This document shows, piece after piece, positions 1 to 14,116 of a stretch of 64,000 nucleotides of DNA. The notes beneath the pieces are model-generated. The model saw only the letters and a program-made list of their open reading frames with translations. It ran no database searches and was not told the DNA's origin. The first letter of the stretch is position 1, and every line of letters starts with the position of its first letter. The DNA comes from Octopus vulgaris (taxonomy: Eukaryota). Both the position numbers and the translations under genes were made by a program. The stretch lies in the NCBI GenBank assembly GCA_951406725.2, contig OX597815.1, forward strand, positions 185,504,001 to 185,568,000, in the 5' to 3' direction.

Positions 1-2202
1 CTGCTGCTATGTTCTGAGTTGAAATTCCACTGAGATGGACTTTGCCTTTCATCCTTTTGGGGTTGACAAAATAAGTACCAGTTATGCACTGGAGGTTTAT
101 ATAATCGACTAGGCCCTCCCCAAAAAATTTCAAAGCCTTGTGCCTAGAGCAGAAATAATTATTATTGAGTGAAAGAGCAGTGCATGCCCAAATTTGAATC
201 TCTTATCATTTTTGTTCCCATCTATAAAAGAATGCTGGTCCTGATATTATTCTGTCATAAGTTTCAACACCAGTACATATACCATATACAAATGAGTACT
301 TTTAATATGTATCAGAAGGCCAAATGTGATATGTTGGGTGTTTTTGGGCCTTCCCTTTTTAATTCACCATGGCTATGGTTCAATAATTTCCTTAGTATTG
401 GCCTTGTTCAGTCTCTAATTTGATATCACATTATCTTATAATGTCTGGAATTTGATATCATATTATCTTGTACAGTCAACAAGCTTTCCACTTTATAATA
501 ATTCAATTATGGATTTTAACATTATTCTCATAGTTACCTTTATTTTTACATTTCATTTTTTCAATTTCCTTTCTTTGATTATGTTTTTATTTTTCACTTT
601 CATATATTTTATATTCTTTATTTCTTTTTTGTTTTCAATTCATTTCACAGTTTGGTGGTCCTTTTACTCTTTATTCTAGGTTCCTTAATCTTCCATGCAT
701 TATCACTTAGACATTATCAAGAAACATTTTGTTATCCTTGTTTCCTACTTGTCTTCATTTTTGATTTACTTGTTTGTTTTAATTTGTACACTTTATTTTC
801 ATATTTTTATTTGCATTTAAAGTGGTCATATCAGGGCCAAGTACTCTACATGTTTTATGTTCAAATGGACCCGATCTGGCATCTCACACCTACTCTACAA
901 TGCCATTCTAAAAATAAGCAACTAAATCATTGAAATCTCAAAGCTACAAAATAATGCACAATCAATTCAAAGCAGTATGAATAAATAAGTATTGTACTTG
1001 ACAGAGTAATTTCAATACTAAAGGGTTAATTTTGAATTTCTAATCTCTACTGCCTTTCAATTTTTATAACTATTTATATAATTACTTATCACTTCTGTAA
1101 TTGTTTGCATTTTTTTAGCATAATTCTATAGCACATAAGAGCAATATTTTCAACCTGTTTTATAATTTGATCTCTCCATCTGATGAGATGTTTTCTGTTT
1201 TAGTATAAGATAAATAGAATTATTGTAATGAAGGACCTCAAATATCAATAACTTGTTTTATATGATTATTCAACTATATATAAACACCTGTTTCTCTCCT
1301 CATTCCTGATCTCTCTCTCTCTAGCCGGGTAATCTTGTACTCCTCTACAGCAAGACACCTGTTTCTGTATCTCTGTCACAATATAACCTTTCATTATCTA
1401 ACATTAGATCACCTCCTCCAATGCCCACCACACCTGCTAAGAGGATTTTTGTGTTGCAAGTTATTTGGTGGCCCTGCTAGTGCTGATGCCACATAAAAAG
1501 CATCCACTCCACACTGTAAAGTGGTTGGCATTTTGCCAAAACTGACCTTACTTGTGCTTGTGCTATGTAAACAGCACTCAGTCCACTCTGCTAAGTGGTT
1601 GGTGTTAGGAAGGGCACCCAGTCATAAACACCCTGCTAAAACAGACACAGAAATCAGATGCAGGCTCCTGCCTGTCCAGCTTCTGTTAAATCATCTAACC
1701 CATGCCAGCAAGGAAGGTAGACAATAAACAACAATGATGATATATACATTTATACTTATGTATATTTATACTTATATATTTGTCTGTGCTTATATATAAC
1801 TATATATATTATATATCATATGTATAGAGACTTTCATATGTGAATAGAAGTTTAAACTGCTCATTCATTCACACATATAAGCAGGTATACAAAAAACATT
1901 CGAAAGATGAAATCTAAATGAAGGTGAAATTTTCAATATGAATAAAATTACTTAGCTTGTGTAAATAATTATCAATTAAGTAATTCCTCACCTGTTTTAT
2001 ATATATGTGTGTGTGTGTGTGCGCACACAAATGTACATATAGACTACAACTGGTTTCTACAACATTATGATTTTTACTGTTATGTATACAAATGCATGTG
2101 TCACTGCATATTAGTTGCTAAACTCATTTAATGTTGAATATTACAATCACATCACAAGAAGAGTGATGTAGTTCACTTGAAGCACCGTATTACAGAAATA
2201 GA

Positions 2203-2425
2203 ATAATAAATGAAATTAGAAATGTGGAAAGCTTCTAAGAATTCAGAAAGTTAAAAAAAAAACTTTTATATTTTGGGCATCTGCAAATGGCCTGGTCTTT
2301 GTAGACACACATTTCTTTGGCTCTATCCTTCTGAAGATAAGCCTTTGCACCCAAAATATAAAGGTACCTTTTAAACCTTCTGCATTGTTAGAAGCTTCCC
2401 TCATTTCCTACTTCATTTGTTATGA
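2203..2425. repeat. Degenerate fold-back element
   Basis: ~85-nt inverted arms (aagcttctaa...ttatattttggg / cccaaaatataa...ttagaagctt). Confidence 0.7.
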
Positions 2426-5400
2426 TTATATATATATATTTCTAAATATATATATTTCTAAATTGTATAATTTCATTTTTCCTTATTGAATTGATAAAAG
2501 GTGGGTTTTTTTCTAATTTATATATATATATATATATATCATATTTTGTGAAATTTGATTTAGTATTTCTAAATTAAATTTTTCCCTGTAAGTTTGGAAT
2601 TATATTCCCTCATATTATTATTATTTGTTATTATTATTAGAATATATATATATATATATACACACACACAAATTTATCAATCATGTTAGATGAAATTATA
2701 AGCAAAATGTTTAGTGAGCAATTAAAAATCTGGGGTGCCTTTAACATTGCAAGCTTAACTTCAAAAGTTTGGGAGTAAGAAAGATGTGTAGAAGGTGTAA
2801 GATAGAGCATGGGTAAGGAATATTAACATAGACGTGTTTTTTCTGGATCAAGTGATGCTGATGTGTGTGTGTGTGTAAAAGCAATCCTACTAGAAGGAAC
2901 CTGCAGGGGAGCTAGGCCAAAGAAAAGTATAGGATAACTGAGAAAAGCTAATCCTTGAGAAACACGTGTCTAAGGAGCAGAAGAAGTAACGAGATACTGG
3001 ACTTGAGGAAATCTGTTTAACCCATTCAATTGTACAAGAAGTGGATATATTATATCAATAAAGATGATGACACTGATCATACGCACACATACACCCAGAA
3101 ATCACACTTACATACTATTATTGCACACCTTTAACTTAAGCCCATGTAGAAAATGATAATATACTAATGCTTATCAATTAAACCATTTATTAGTCAGGAG
3201 AACTTCCAATAAAGAAGGAATATGCAACATTTTCACCAATAATTGAAATAAAAATTGCATGTTAAATTTAAGCATCATACATGCACTTTAGAAAAATAGC
3301 TGTACATATGAAATATATCTACAAAATCTTCTGAAGCCAAATTCCTAATTTCTTTGCTTCATAACTGCTGTCTTATAAAATAATTTGTTATTAAGCTTCC
3401 CTTTTTTTTTTTTTGACATTTTTCCAGCTTTTTACATATATCATACGTCCATTTTTAATAGATTAAGACAACCGGTAAATTAAACAAGAATTTATTAAAG
3501 ATTTCAGAAAGAATTTTTTTTTTTTTTTCAAAATCTTTTATAAATTTTGAATTAAGCTGAAAAGCTATAAATATGTCTTTTTTCATTGTTTTCTTTCTTT
3601 AAAATTATGTTTTGATAAATATAAAATACAATTAGAAGTATATTGTTACTTAGATAATTTTTTTTAGTAAATAAGGTTATATTATAGACTATATTATTAA
3701 TTACTATTCTATTTTTTTCCCTTTGCTTACTAATATATAACAGGGAACTCACAACCAGAACTAACAGTCTTTTCAATGAGTGTTTTAACACATAATTTAC
3801 AGGACTCGGTCATTTTATTGGAATGGAAATAAGTTATGACATAAAATGTTTAAAATAAATCATGAATATTTTGAAATCTCTCTCATTTTAATTGTTCTGG
3901 AGATCTATTTAAACAATGAGTGCCAGAGGGTCAGCTTGAGAAGATTAACCACAAATTTTTATTTCCTGCCAATGAGGAAATGAAAATTCCGAACTAAAAA
4001 TTTTTTATAGTAATAGTAATAGTATAACCAACAATCAAAATACATTGTGTAGAATGATGATTGAATTACAGTATATGAATTAAGACAGTCATTTTATTTC
4101 TTGATATGATTGAGGAATGAACTATGTTTTATGACAAGCATTCAAGCAATTCATGTCATCTATATTTCCAGATTTTACTCACATTTTGATTTATAAATAT
4201 TATTCTCTTGAAGGAATGAAAAGAAAGAAGTATTTAAAACATAAAATAACTTGCTAAATCAGAAACATTTAAAAATTTGTTTTTTTTTTCTTTGAAAGGT
4301 AAAATTCTCCTACGGTATATTTATGATCAACATTTTTGTATTAAATGAAATGACATTTACACAAATACCAAATATGCAGGATTTTATTGAAATTAGCAAG
4401 CACATCTACATGCATGTGGGTAGGTTTCCACTTGATATTCTGTTCACAACCATATTCAATAGATGAGAACACCAAATACTTAACGGTTATAAAATTGTTC
4501 AAGGAATATAAAACTGCAAGAATAAACTATAAAATAGCACTCGAGAAATTAAGGAGACCTCAACCTCCAGTAAATTCACAGAGATATCATGTAGTATAAA
4601 AATGAAATATAAGATTATGCTTCGTTTTGATTGAATGATTCAGTCATATTTATATAAGCTATTTTATTATTGCAACTATAGAAGCTAAGCAGAAGAAAAC
4701 ACTCCATATCCTTTATATAACAAAGGGATTATCTTAGAAGCATTATGATCAACAAGCATAATGTATTAAATTAATCAATGTCTTCCAGAAGACATCCAAA
4801 TAGTTTTACATTGCTATTGAAGGAATAAAATATAATTTACTTCATAAACATTAACAAATATTGTCAATCTACAAAAATCCATTCCATAACCTAATAAATA
4901 TTATAATGCCTTTAATATCAGTAATATTTTATATTTTGAGTCAAATTTGATTATTCTACATTAAAAAAAATTTTGGCGTATTCCAACTAGTTGCCAGCTT
5001 GCATTTGAGTCACATTGCATTGCACTGCACTATGTTATAAAATTATAACATATTTCATTATATCATACTGCATTAAATATTTTTAAAAAAATGCTATATG
5101 AGATGGAAAATAAAAATAAACTTATGTTTTGTATTTCCCAAGTGTTCCATATATTTCATCTGACAAGGCTTATATTAAGTTTTTTACTGAGTAAATCATT
5201 AAAAAGCAACCATGGAATTATATTCCCATCGTTACTGAAGTCTCTAATTCATTTCATACATTAACAACATCTTTTTTTCCCAATTTACAGAAAGGTTTGA
5301 AGCACAAAGACATATTCTTTCAAAACAGGTTTAACATTTACTAAATCTGCTTCATATTTCTCTATATACGACAATACCCAATATCTGAATGTAACACCAC

Positions 5401-6432
5401 ATATTTTGGTTTTGGAAAAGGACTTAAAGAATAGAAAAGTTATACAATAAAGGTATGTCCAGAAAATAATGTATTTTAATAGATCACAATTATGTACATT
5501 GCAAAAGCTTATATAATTTATAATTAGTTCTAAAACAATTACTTCCTTTTACATTGAGACAATTTTATATGAATATATTTTCAGAAGGGAATAGCTGTAT
5601 AAAATGGACAGGAGTATGTGAATTTGACAATATCATAAACTTCCATAAAAATAAGGTCAATGTTAAGATTTAATTTTAGTGCAAGATGCAACAAGTGTAT
5701 ATTTGTAGACAGTTCTTCCATTACTATCCGAATTCAAAAGCAAACGAGTCAGTGTTCAATCTTTAGAATGTCTTTCATAATAATAAGCCAGTAGCTACTA
5801 AGAAGGATGTTCTTATTCGTGTTATCTCCTATTATTTGCTCTTAAAGAACAAAATGAGATATGACTAACTGAAGATGAGTTTCATTAACTGTTGCTGGCA
5901 GAATCTGTATTAATTTTAGAACGACTTAACTCATATCTTAAGTTACTCCATGTTGATATTAAACTCTAAATGATAACACCGCATCAAGAGAATTTTAGAT
6001 ATGCAAATCATAATTCAATGATCATAATTATATTAAAGTAAAATTAATTCGCAGAAAACATTTTTATTATTTTATAACTTTGTTTTAAAAGAAAAGACAT
6101 TTTTCATGAATATATTTCATTAAATAGCTTTTAAATATTAGATTAATCTAGAATATCATAAACAAAAATTAAATGCAGGTGAGACAAACAAAATTTTAAA
6201 CCACTTGTAGAAGGTTTGTCATAGTCATATAAGTTTCCTTTTCAAACAAAATTACTGTAAAGTAAATATCACTATACAGCAAAGAATATTTTGATAAAAT
6301 AGATTTGTTAAACATTGTACTCTGTAGAGTTTTCTTTACAGAAAATTTTACTTCCTAGTTACATTGCAATCAGGAAATTAAAATTAATCATTATTTAAAA
6401 TTAATTAGTTATTGATTATGATACTTATTAAG

Positions 6433-6760
6433 TGTGACGGCATGTGGCTTAGAGATTAGGGTACTTCGTTAATGATTGTAAGGTCGTGAGTTCAATTACT
6501 GGTAGTGTGTTGTGTCCTTGAGCAAGACACTTTATTTCCCATTGCTCCAGTTCACTCAGCCAGTAAAAACGAGTTGTACCAGTAATTCAAAGAGTCAGAC
6601 GTGTCATATTCTGTGTCATGCTCAATCTCCCTGAGAACTACATTAAAGGTGTGTGTGTTTCTGTGGAATACTCAACCACTTGCACGCCAATTTTATGAGC
6701 AGGCTGTCCTGTTGATCAGATCAATTGGAATTCACATTGTCATAACCAATGAGATGTCAT
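6433..6760 (+). mobile_element. Older SINE, head X + tail 1
   Basis: ttgtgtccttgagcaagacactttatttcccattgctccagttcactcagc followed by the tccctgagaactac...ttgatc.gatcaa tail also seen at 46800-46920. Confidence 0.75.
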
Positions 6761-6861
6761 TAACACAAATAATAATAGTAATAATGATAATAATAATAAT
6801 TTCGTTTTTGTATTTGGTTTGCAAGATTCTTTATGTGAATTCGTGTGTTGAAGCGTATTTT

Positions 6862-7148
6862 ATTGTGTCTGGGGAGAGTGATTCTCTTTTGGTGTCTTAT
6901 AATTTAACACACTCACTGGTTCGATTTTCACTCATTTATTAATTTTTTTCCTAAAATTTTTGTTGCGTCTTGCAACCTTTTCAATAGTCGTTGGCTCAAC
7001 AACCGTTGAAAAGTCAATAACTATTGAAAATGTTGCAAGGCGCAACAAAAATTTTAGAAAAAATAAATAACTAAATGAGTGGAAATCGAACCGGTGAGTG
7101 GGTTAAATAATAAGGCATTAAAAGAGAATGACCCTCCCAAAACACAAT
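6862..7148. repeat. Long fold-back element
   Basis: ~130-nt inverted arms (attgtgtctggggagag...ttttcaatag / ctattgaaaa...ctcccaaaacacaat). Confidence 0.85.
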
Positions 7149-9299
7149 GATAATAATACTTATCAAGTATTATTTTATAAGTGTATTACTTCTTAGGATT
7201 GCTAGAAAATTACGAATACCACTCAAGTTTCATAGTTATTAATAACCAATTGATAGAAGAACACCTAAAAAAATGGGAAAAAAGAACTATAAAGGAAATA
7301 TCTCATTTCATGATTTTTTTTTAGTTTCAAAATATTCAAATATTTAGCTATAAATTTCTGGGTTTAATTTTTGCAATTCTGATTGCCTTTCATTCAATAA
7401 ATCAAAAGTACCAAGCAAACATTATCCTGAATTAGAGAATGTCTACTTAACATAATTTAGTTCTAATAAGAATATAACTTGGACCAATGGTACCAAGCAT
7501 CCGGAGCCATGATGTATTAACCAAAGTTAAATCTTAAATCTTCAAGGTGAAACAGCAAGCTGTATAGCACCATCAAGAAGAATTGAGTTTAAAACTGTAC
7601 AATGAAAGAGAAAACATTAAGTCTTTGATGCAAAATAATTTGCTAGCCATTAAACACTTGCACAATACAGTTCAGCGACATCAAAGCATAAAAGTAAATA
7701 TTAGTTATTTTACATGGCATTCAAAGATATAATTAGATTAAAACCTCATTTAGATGATAGTATTGCTATCAGGTTGTAATAAACGTTTTACAAATACTTA
7801 ATTGAGTCTCGTAGTTAATGGAGGATTTGTATTTAGCCAAACAGTTCACGGATCCATAAAAGAAATGTTTATCACCAGGAAATGAGTTAATTTTATTGTC
7901 ATTTTAAAATGTTTCAATAGAATTCCATGTCACAGAAAGCAAAGCATATTATTTTACAAGGTTATTTAATTAGTAAAAGCATTAATTCAATATCTACCAG
8001 TCATTGTATTATCATAATTTTAAACCCTTTGTTGTCTTAGAAAAACGAAATTTAAATCATTTCTGTTTAGTTTTGAATTTTTTGTTTTAATTTTATAGAA
8101 TGACAAGAAATCTTACTTTGAGGCTGGCATTTAGTTGTATAAATGATAAAACAACCCCTGACCTGAATAAATAAAAGCATTGTACATTTTTTGATATAGC
8201 ACAGTTGATTACACAAGCAGTAATTTCTCTTTCTATCCCGCATTCACATAAAGACACAAAACCTCCTTACAAATTAAAAATTCAGAAATCAATATATGTT
8301 TTCAATAAACCTTTGAAAACAATGCTATCCTATGAATATGATTAAACTAAGATATTGTATACATTTTAAAACTGACTTCAGTCTGTTATAATTGAAAATA
8401 AAAACTGCTCAAGAATCTAAACAATAAATCACCATGATGTTCAATCCAGTACAAGGCATGTTTTAGACATAAACAGTTACTTAGGGATTACTATTCTCTC
8501 CTCAAATCAAGTTAATTTTATTTAAGGTGATAAGGAAATTGAGAATGTTATACTAATGTCTAAGCAAGCATAAGTTGAAATTAATATTACAAATTTAATC
8601 AATAACTAAATTTAGGTTTTTATCTTTCAGGAGAAAATTTATTATGAATAAAATTTCGTGTAATTATATTTTTATGGATTTATATTTTGTTAAAGATATA
8701 TCTAGATTTAAATCAGTAAGATAAACTAGAAAACATGAATATATTCATTAATGTTTTATTATAACTTAAAGTACTTTTATTCTATGCTCATAAATATTAC
8801 ACATTATTAATTTAAATTTCCTGATAGGCCATAAGGGAATACGACATGTTAGTATCAAACTGTTTAGCTTATTTTTAAATAATCAGTTAAGCAAGCAGCA
8901 TTTAATTTTTCTTTAGGGAATTAAATGAAATAATTATTTTAGCACCACCACAAATGGAGTATCTAGTATTTGTTGTGCCATAAGAATATTTAGCTGTTTT
9001 AAAAAAAAAATGCATCATAAGCATCTTATTTGGATTCTCAGAAGAAACGTTTACATGAAAGCTTTGTAGGAAAGTGAAAAAGGATTATGCTGATAAGATA
9101 TATTTGCGTATTTACTCATTCCAGATACAAGTAATACACAACATCCTACAGGGTTCTGTGTTAAGCTAATATTATTTCTATGCATTCATTAATGAGTTGG
9201 AGTCGTTAATTGAAAGTGTTTGAAAGCTGATAACTTTCAAATATAATTCTGACTGGAGGTGACAATGTCAGAGCTGAAGTGCTCCAATAATACTAAATG

Positions 9300-9620
9300 A
9301 CAATTAACTTAAAATGTTAGAAAATGTAAACGCATTTAGGCAAAATCAAGCCAAAACTATTCCTATTAAATGCGAGATAATAATATCCTTGAAGCTGTTA
9401 CAGATGAGAAAGAGCTTAACATGATTAGTGATAAAGACTTGAAGTTCCACAATGACCACAGTGTAGCTGCAGTGAAGAAAGCGAACATTATTTTTAGAAA
9501 AACAAAACACAAAAAATATTTCCAGTAACCAGCAAAAGCACCATTATGAATGGTAAAGGCATTTGGAGACCATGCATACTAAAGTGTTACATACTCGTGG
9601 GAAATGTGCCTAAGGAAATT
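9300..9620 (+). mobile_element. Old CR1-clade LINE ORF2 remnant
   Basis: LEAVTDEKELNMISDKDLKFHNDHSVAAVKKANIIF resembles the CR1 EKDLGV..D..LKF..H...AVKKAN motif. Confidence 0.6.
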
Positions 9621-10601
9621 ACCATATGAATTAAACTTTTAAAGGACTTGTTTGGGGAAATAATTAAGACAACTAATATGCATTTAATGTCTCACAAATG
9701 CCTTTAAAATGGAAAGTCAAGAATGAAGGGAGTTGATGTCCAGCAACTCAGTTGAGTCATTAGTTACAATGTATCCACACAAGCAGTTGAAAAATTGATG
9801 TAGAAAACTAACAAAGGAGTAGACCTTGTTTAGGGTCCATGTAAACTGATATCAATTACCAAAGAGGGCTGTCAGTGAAAGAGAACCGGAAAACTAACAG
9901 AGAAATCTTATAAGTATTGGAAATATATAAAAACTGAAACACTAATCAGAAAAGGTATAGTTCAAACAAGTCAAAATTTACTGACATAAATAGCCCCACA
10001 GGCATACGGTGTAGGGGTTAAGAGCTACAAACCATGATTCCGAGTTCAATTCCAGGCAGTGACCTGAATAATAATATTAATAATAATAAATAGGTATAGT
10101 TTACCTTTATCACTCAGAGCAGAGATTTTGTGTAATTGATAAGAATTACATTTGCTTGTGATGCTGAGAGTGAATGTCAAACTATGAAAGGGAACAAACC
10201 AATTAATCTGGATAAAATTTTTATGATTCAGTCCATTAAAGTAATGTTTTAAAAATATATGAAGAGAAGGACTAATGTATTCTATACTAATATTTGATAT
10301 ATTCAACAAATTAGCTGCATTTGTCGTTATACTGCATGAATATAAAGCAACACTAAGAGTAACAAGTAACAAATTAATATCGTAATAAAATTCTAATAAA
10401 CTTCTCAGATTTTAAGAAGAGTTCAAAATATTTAAATACTTATTGATTAACAAATTTCACACTACTCATCCCACAGTAACACACACACAATCAACATATA
10501 TCTATCTATCTATCTATCTATCTATATATATATATATATATTGATAAAAATGGTAAGACAACAAAAGAAAGAGACCTCGATATTACGTAAATAGAGGAAT
10601 T

Positions 10602-10634
<33 letters not shown>

Positions 10635-11415
10635 ACATCTGTTTTACATCTTTGACTCACTTCCCATCTACCCAGGGTTCACCTTCCTTTTGGCTCACCT
10701 TCTTATCATAGCCCTCCACCTCTCATCACCTGTGCTGATTGCAACATCATCTCCTTCTGCCCCACTTGCACTTCAGGTGACTTATATACAGGAGACAGCA
10801 TTAGAGCACCATCATCTCCTGAATGACCAATACACTCTAATTTTTCCATACTGTGTTGCCAGCCAGTGTTCTGTCTTCTCTGAACTACGTTTATTAGCAT
10901 CCCTCACTCTGGTTTTATCTCATTATCAGTCTCTATATACCCCTGTCTTCTTCCTATCCTATTCTTGCTCCATCTGCCATCCCACCCATTCTGATACCTT
11001 TGATGGCATTGTTTTTCTATCCAATCACCTATAATTGCACCTGTGCAATTATATATATTTCTTTACTACCCACAAGGGGCTAAACACAGAGGGGACAAAC
11101 AAGGACAGACAAACGGAATAAGCCGATTACATCGACCCCAGTGTGTAACTGGTGCTTAATTTATCGACCCAGAAAGGATGAAAGGCAAAGTTGACCTCGG
11201 CGGAATTTGAACTCAGAACGTAACAGCAGACGAAATACTCTATAACCACATTAATGTGGTTTTAGAGTCAGGTTTTGGCTGCTATTTCCAGCGTGGCGGT
11301 ATCTCTTAGATACCCTAAATTATAATTTTAATAATAATTACCTTTGAAAGTTTTTATTCCGATGCTGGTCACTTGATAAGATCGATATTTAAATTAGCGA
11401 TCTTATCCTTATTTA

Positions 11416-11464
<49 letters not shown>

Positions 11465-11979
11465 AAAGAAAACAGAAAATGGAGAAATATTGATGAACAA
11501 CAATTGACTTACATCAATTATTATTTATTAATTCAAAACAAATAGACTGCATAATATGTATGCATATGTATGCCCATGGTTAAACATAGGTAATATACCG
11601 GTAGTATAAGGAATACTTCTATCCCTTACATGGTTATTTTAACCTCTAACTCAGCTAACCTTATTTATATGTATGTGGGTATAAAATTGCTACCTTGTAT
11701 TGCCAAGGTAACCTAATTAGCTATGGGCCAGGGTCAGGTGCTTCAGAAACAAGAAAACCAGAGTAGAGAATGTGATGTGCACCGATCAGGGAGATATTAT
11801 CTCTGCTGGCAACAAGCTTTTCTCTTTCAGTGATGAACAGATTACATGATGTTTGCATATGATATAGGATATGCATGGTTGTAAAACATAAGCCCTGAAT
11901 GTGAACAATGTCTGTGGCTGGAATATAACATGAGCATACTTGGCAGGCTGTGTAATTTAATATGCATGAGCAAGTGTGC

Positions 11980-12275
11980 ACAATTGAGCTGCGGAAAAAT
12001 CTGAGTAAAAGTGGAATCAGATGTGGCATGAACTGTGCTGGTATGGACAAGCGATGCATATGAAGCGTGAGAGTTGATTAAAATTATGGTTAGTCATTCA
12101 AGAGGAATGGAATTCTGGAAGAGGAATATCAAGGAAGACATAAGAATATAAGTGGTGAAAGTTGATTTCAAGGGGATGAAACTCACAGCAACAAATGTAG
12201 AGAAGCCCATTTTTGAGAAGACCCATTCAACCTATGCTAGCATGGTAAATTAGGGGTACACTGATGGTGATGATT
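11980..12275 (+). mobile_element. RTE-like LINE 3' end (a similar, older piece at ~2780-3070)
   Basis: LCWYGQAMHM...GRGISRKT (cf. LRWYGHV.R..RGRP.KTW); tail caacctatgctagcatgg...gatggtgatga. Confidence 0.6.
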
Positions 12276-12340
12276 ACACACACACACATACACATATGTT
12301 CATGTGAAGCTGCATTTCTGAGTATTAATGCATACTGATA

Positions 12341-12690
12341 CAGTGGTTCTGAATTAGGGTCTATACCGCCCTTGATGGTTCAAGTAAGATTTTGTGGGGT
12401 CCACACAAAAAATTAGTAAATTGGGGATCCACCATTGTATTTTAAGGGTCCCTGAAAAATGTTTTCTTTAGATGTATATATTGGTGTACATAGTAACAGA
12501 CAGCTACGTTTCTTTCACTAACATTTTACCTAGTACACCCTACAGAAATTAATGTGGGAAAAACAAAATAGGAATTCTGAAAGATGTTTCTATAAAACTA
12601 GTTTTGAAACATTGAATGTCTATGGGGGTCCTCAAGAATGAAATAGAAATCAGGCAGGGCCAATAGATGAAAAATGGCTGAGGACCCCTA
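12341..12690 (+). mobile_element. hAT-like MITE (inverted homologue at ~40275-40650)
   Basis: Termini cagtggttct...gaggaccccta; repeated subterminal ggggtcc motifs. Confidence 0.6.
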
Positions 12691-13635
12691 TGCTAAAACA
12701 TTGCAATCAGTTTTGATATAAACTGCATTTGAGATGATAAAATAAAGAATCTAATTTTAAGAGATTGAGTAACAGAAAGGTACGAAAATCACAGATGTTT
12801 ATTTAATTGAAGCTGTAACTCATGCCTTATAATATAAAGCAGTGGGCTAAAAAACTGTTTTCTACTTGTGGCTTTACTGTCATTCTTTCATCTTTGTTTT
12901 TTATCCTTTTTCAAATAATACATATCAGCTATTTGGCAAAGAATTCCAATAAGGATAATCCAGAATTTACAGATTTTATTAAAAGCAAGAAGTATCAAAT
13001 ATATGTCACCAAACAAAATTTCCTGCATTTTATCGTTACATAATGCTCAAACAACTAAACACACAAATACAAATGTGTGAGTGTGTGTATATATGTATAT
13101 ATATATATATATATATATCAATGCTTATCATCATTATCATTGGTTTATATGCCTGATTTTCCCATCCTGCCATAAGCTGACTAAGAATTTTTAAAGTAAT
13201 ATTCTGTACCTGTGTAGATGTACAAAGATATACATACATACACAAACTCACACACATATATATAATCAATCTATTGATATAGATATACACATAAATGTAC
13301 AAATACACGTGTGTCTATTCACATACCAAGAAAGAGATATTTGTAATAATGTTTTTACCCTGTGTGTATTTCACTAATAGAATGAAATTCAAAGCGCTGC
13401 TAATATGAAATAATCTTCTGATTACAATAATCAAATACGAATTTTAAACAAATGCTTAATTGGACGCAATGGTAAGTTCCAGATAAGAGGCAGAAAATTT
13501 CATTAATATACATAATTTTATAGTAATATATAGTGTACTTTCAGAATAAAATTTCTGAAAAATGCAGTGTTTCATCACTTGAAATATTGATAAATGATTA
13601 TCTAAATATCTACCTATTGATCTATCAATCAATCA

Positions 13636-13682
<47 letters not shown>

Positions 13683-14057
13683 CAATCATTACGTTCAACT
13701 TGATGAGACTGTTCTGTTAGAGAAACAAATACTCCATTATTTACCTTGAGAGGATCTCCCATATGGATGTATGTTTCATGAAAGTGTGTATATGTGTGTG
13801 TGTGTGTATATATATATATATACTATACTTATTATCATTACTATTATTATTACTATTATCATTTCTTAAATATAGCCACGAAACATGTGTCGTTATTCTA
13901 CAAAATAATACGTTTTATTTACTACTTTGCATATTACTTAATCATTGTTATATGTTTTATCTTATATTTAATCTTTCTATAATATGTAATTTTTCTAAAT
14001 GGTATAATTTTATTTTTCATTATTGAATTGATAAAAGGTGGGTTTTTTTTAATAATT

Positions 14058-14116
<59 letters not shown>

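Noticed and set aside
4341-4513. Phase-1 minus-strand frame behind a good acceptor, ending in CAAX-like CHFI*
   Set aside because: No similarity to the known complexin C-terminus, and it overlaps a + strand open frame of the putative dynein tail. Probably chance.
3900-7620. A third dynein copy (C-terminal part, e.g. IARKLRIP at 7200)
   Set aside because: 7250-7740 fits DHC_N2 better and runs directly into the linker and AAA1, so one continuous copy is more parsimonious. This shows how easily single motifs can mislead.
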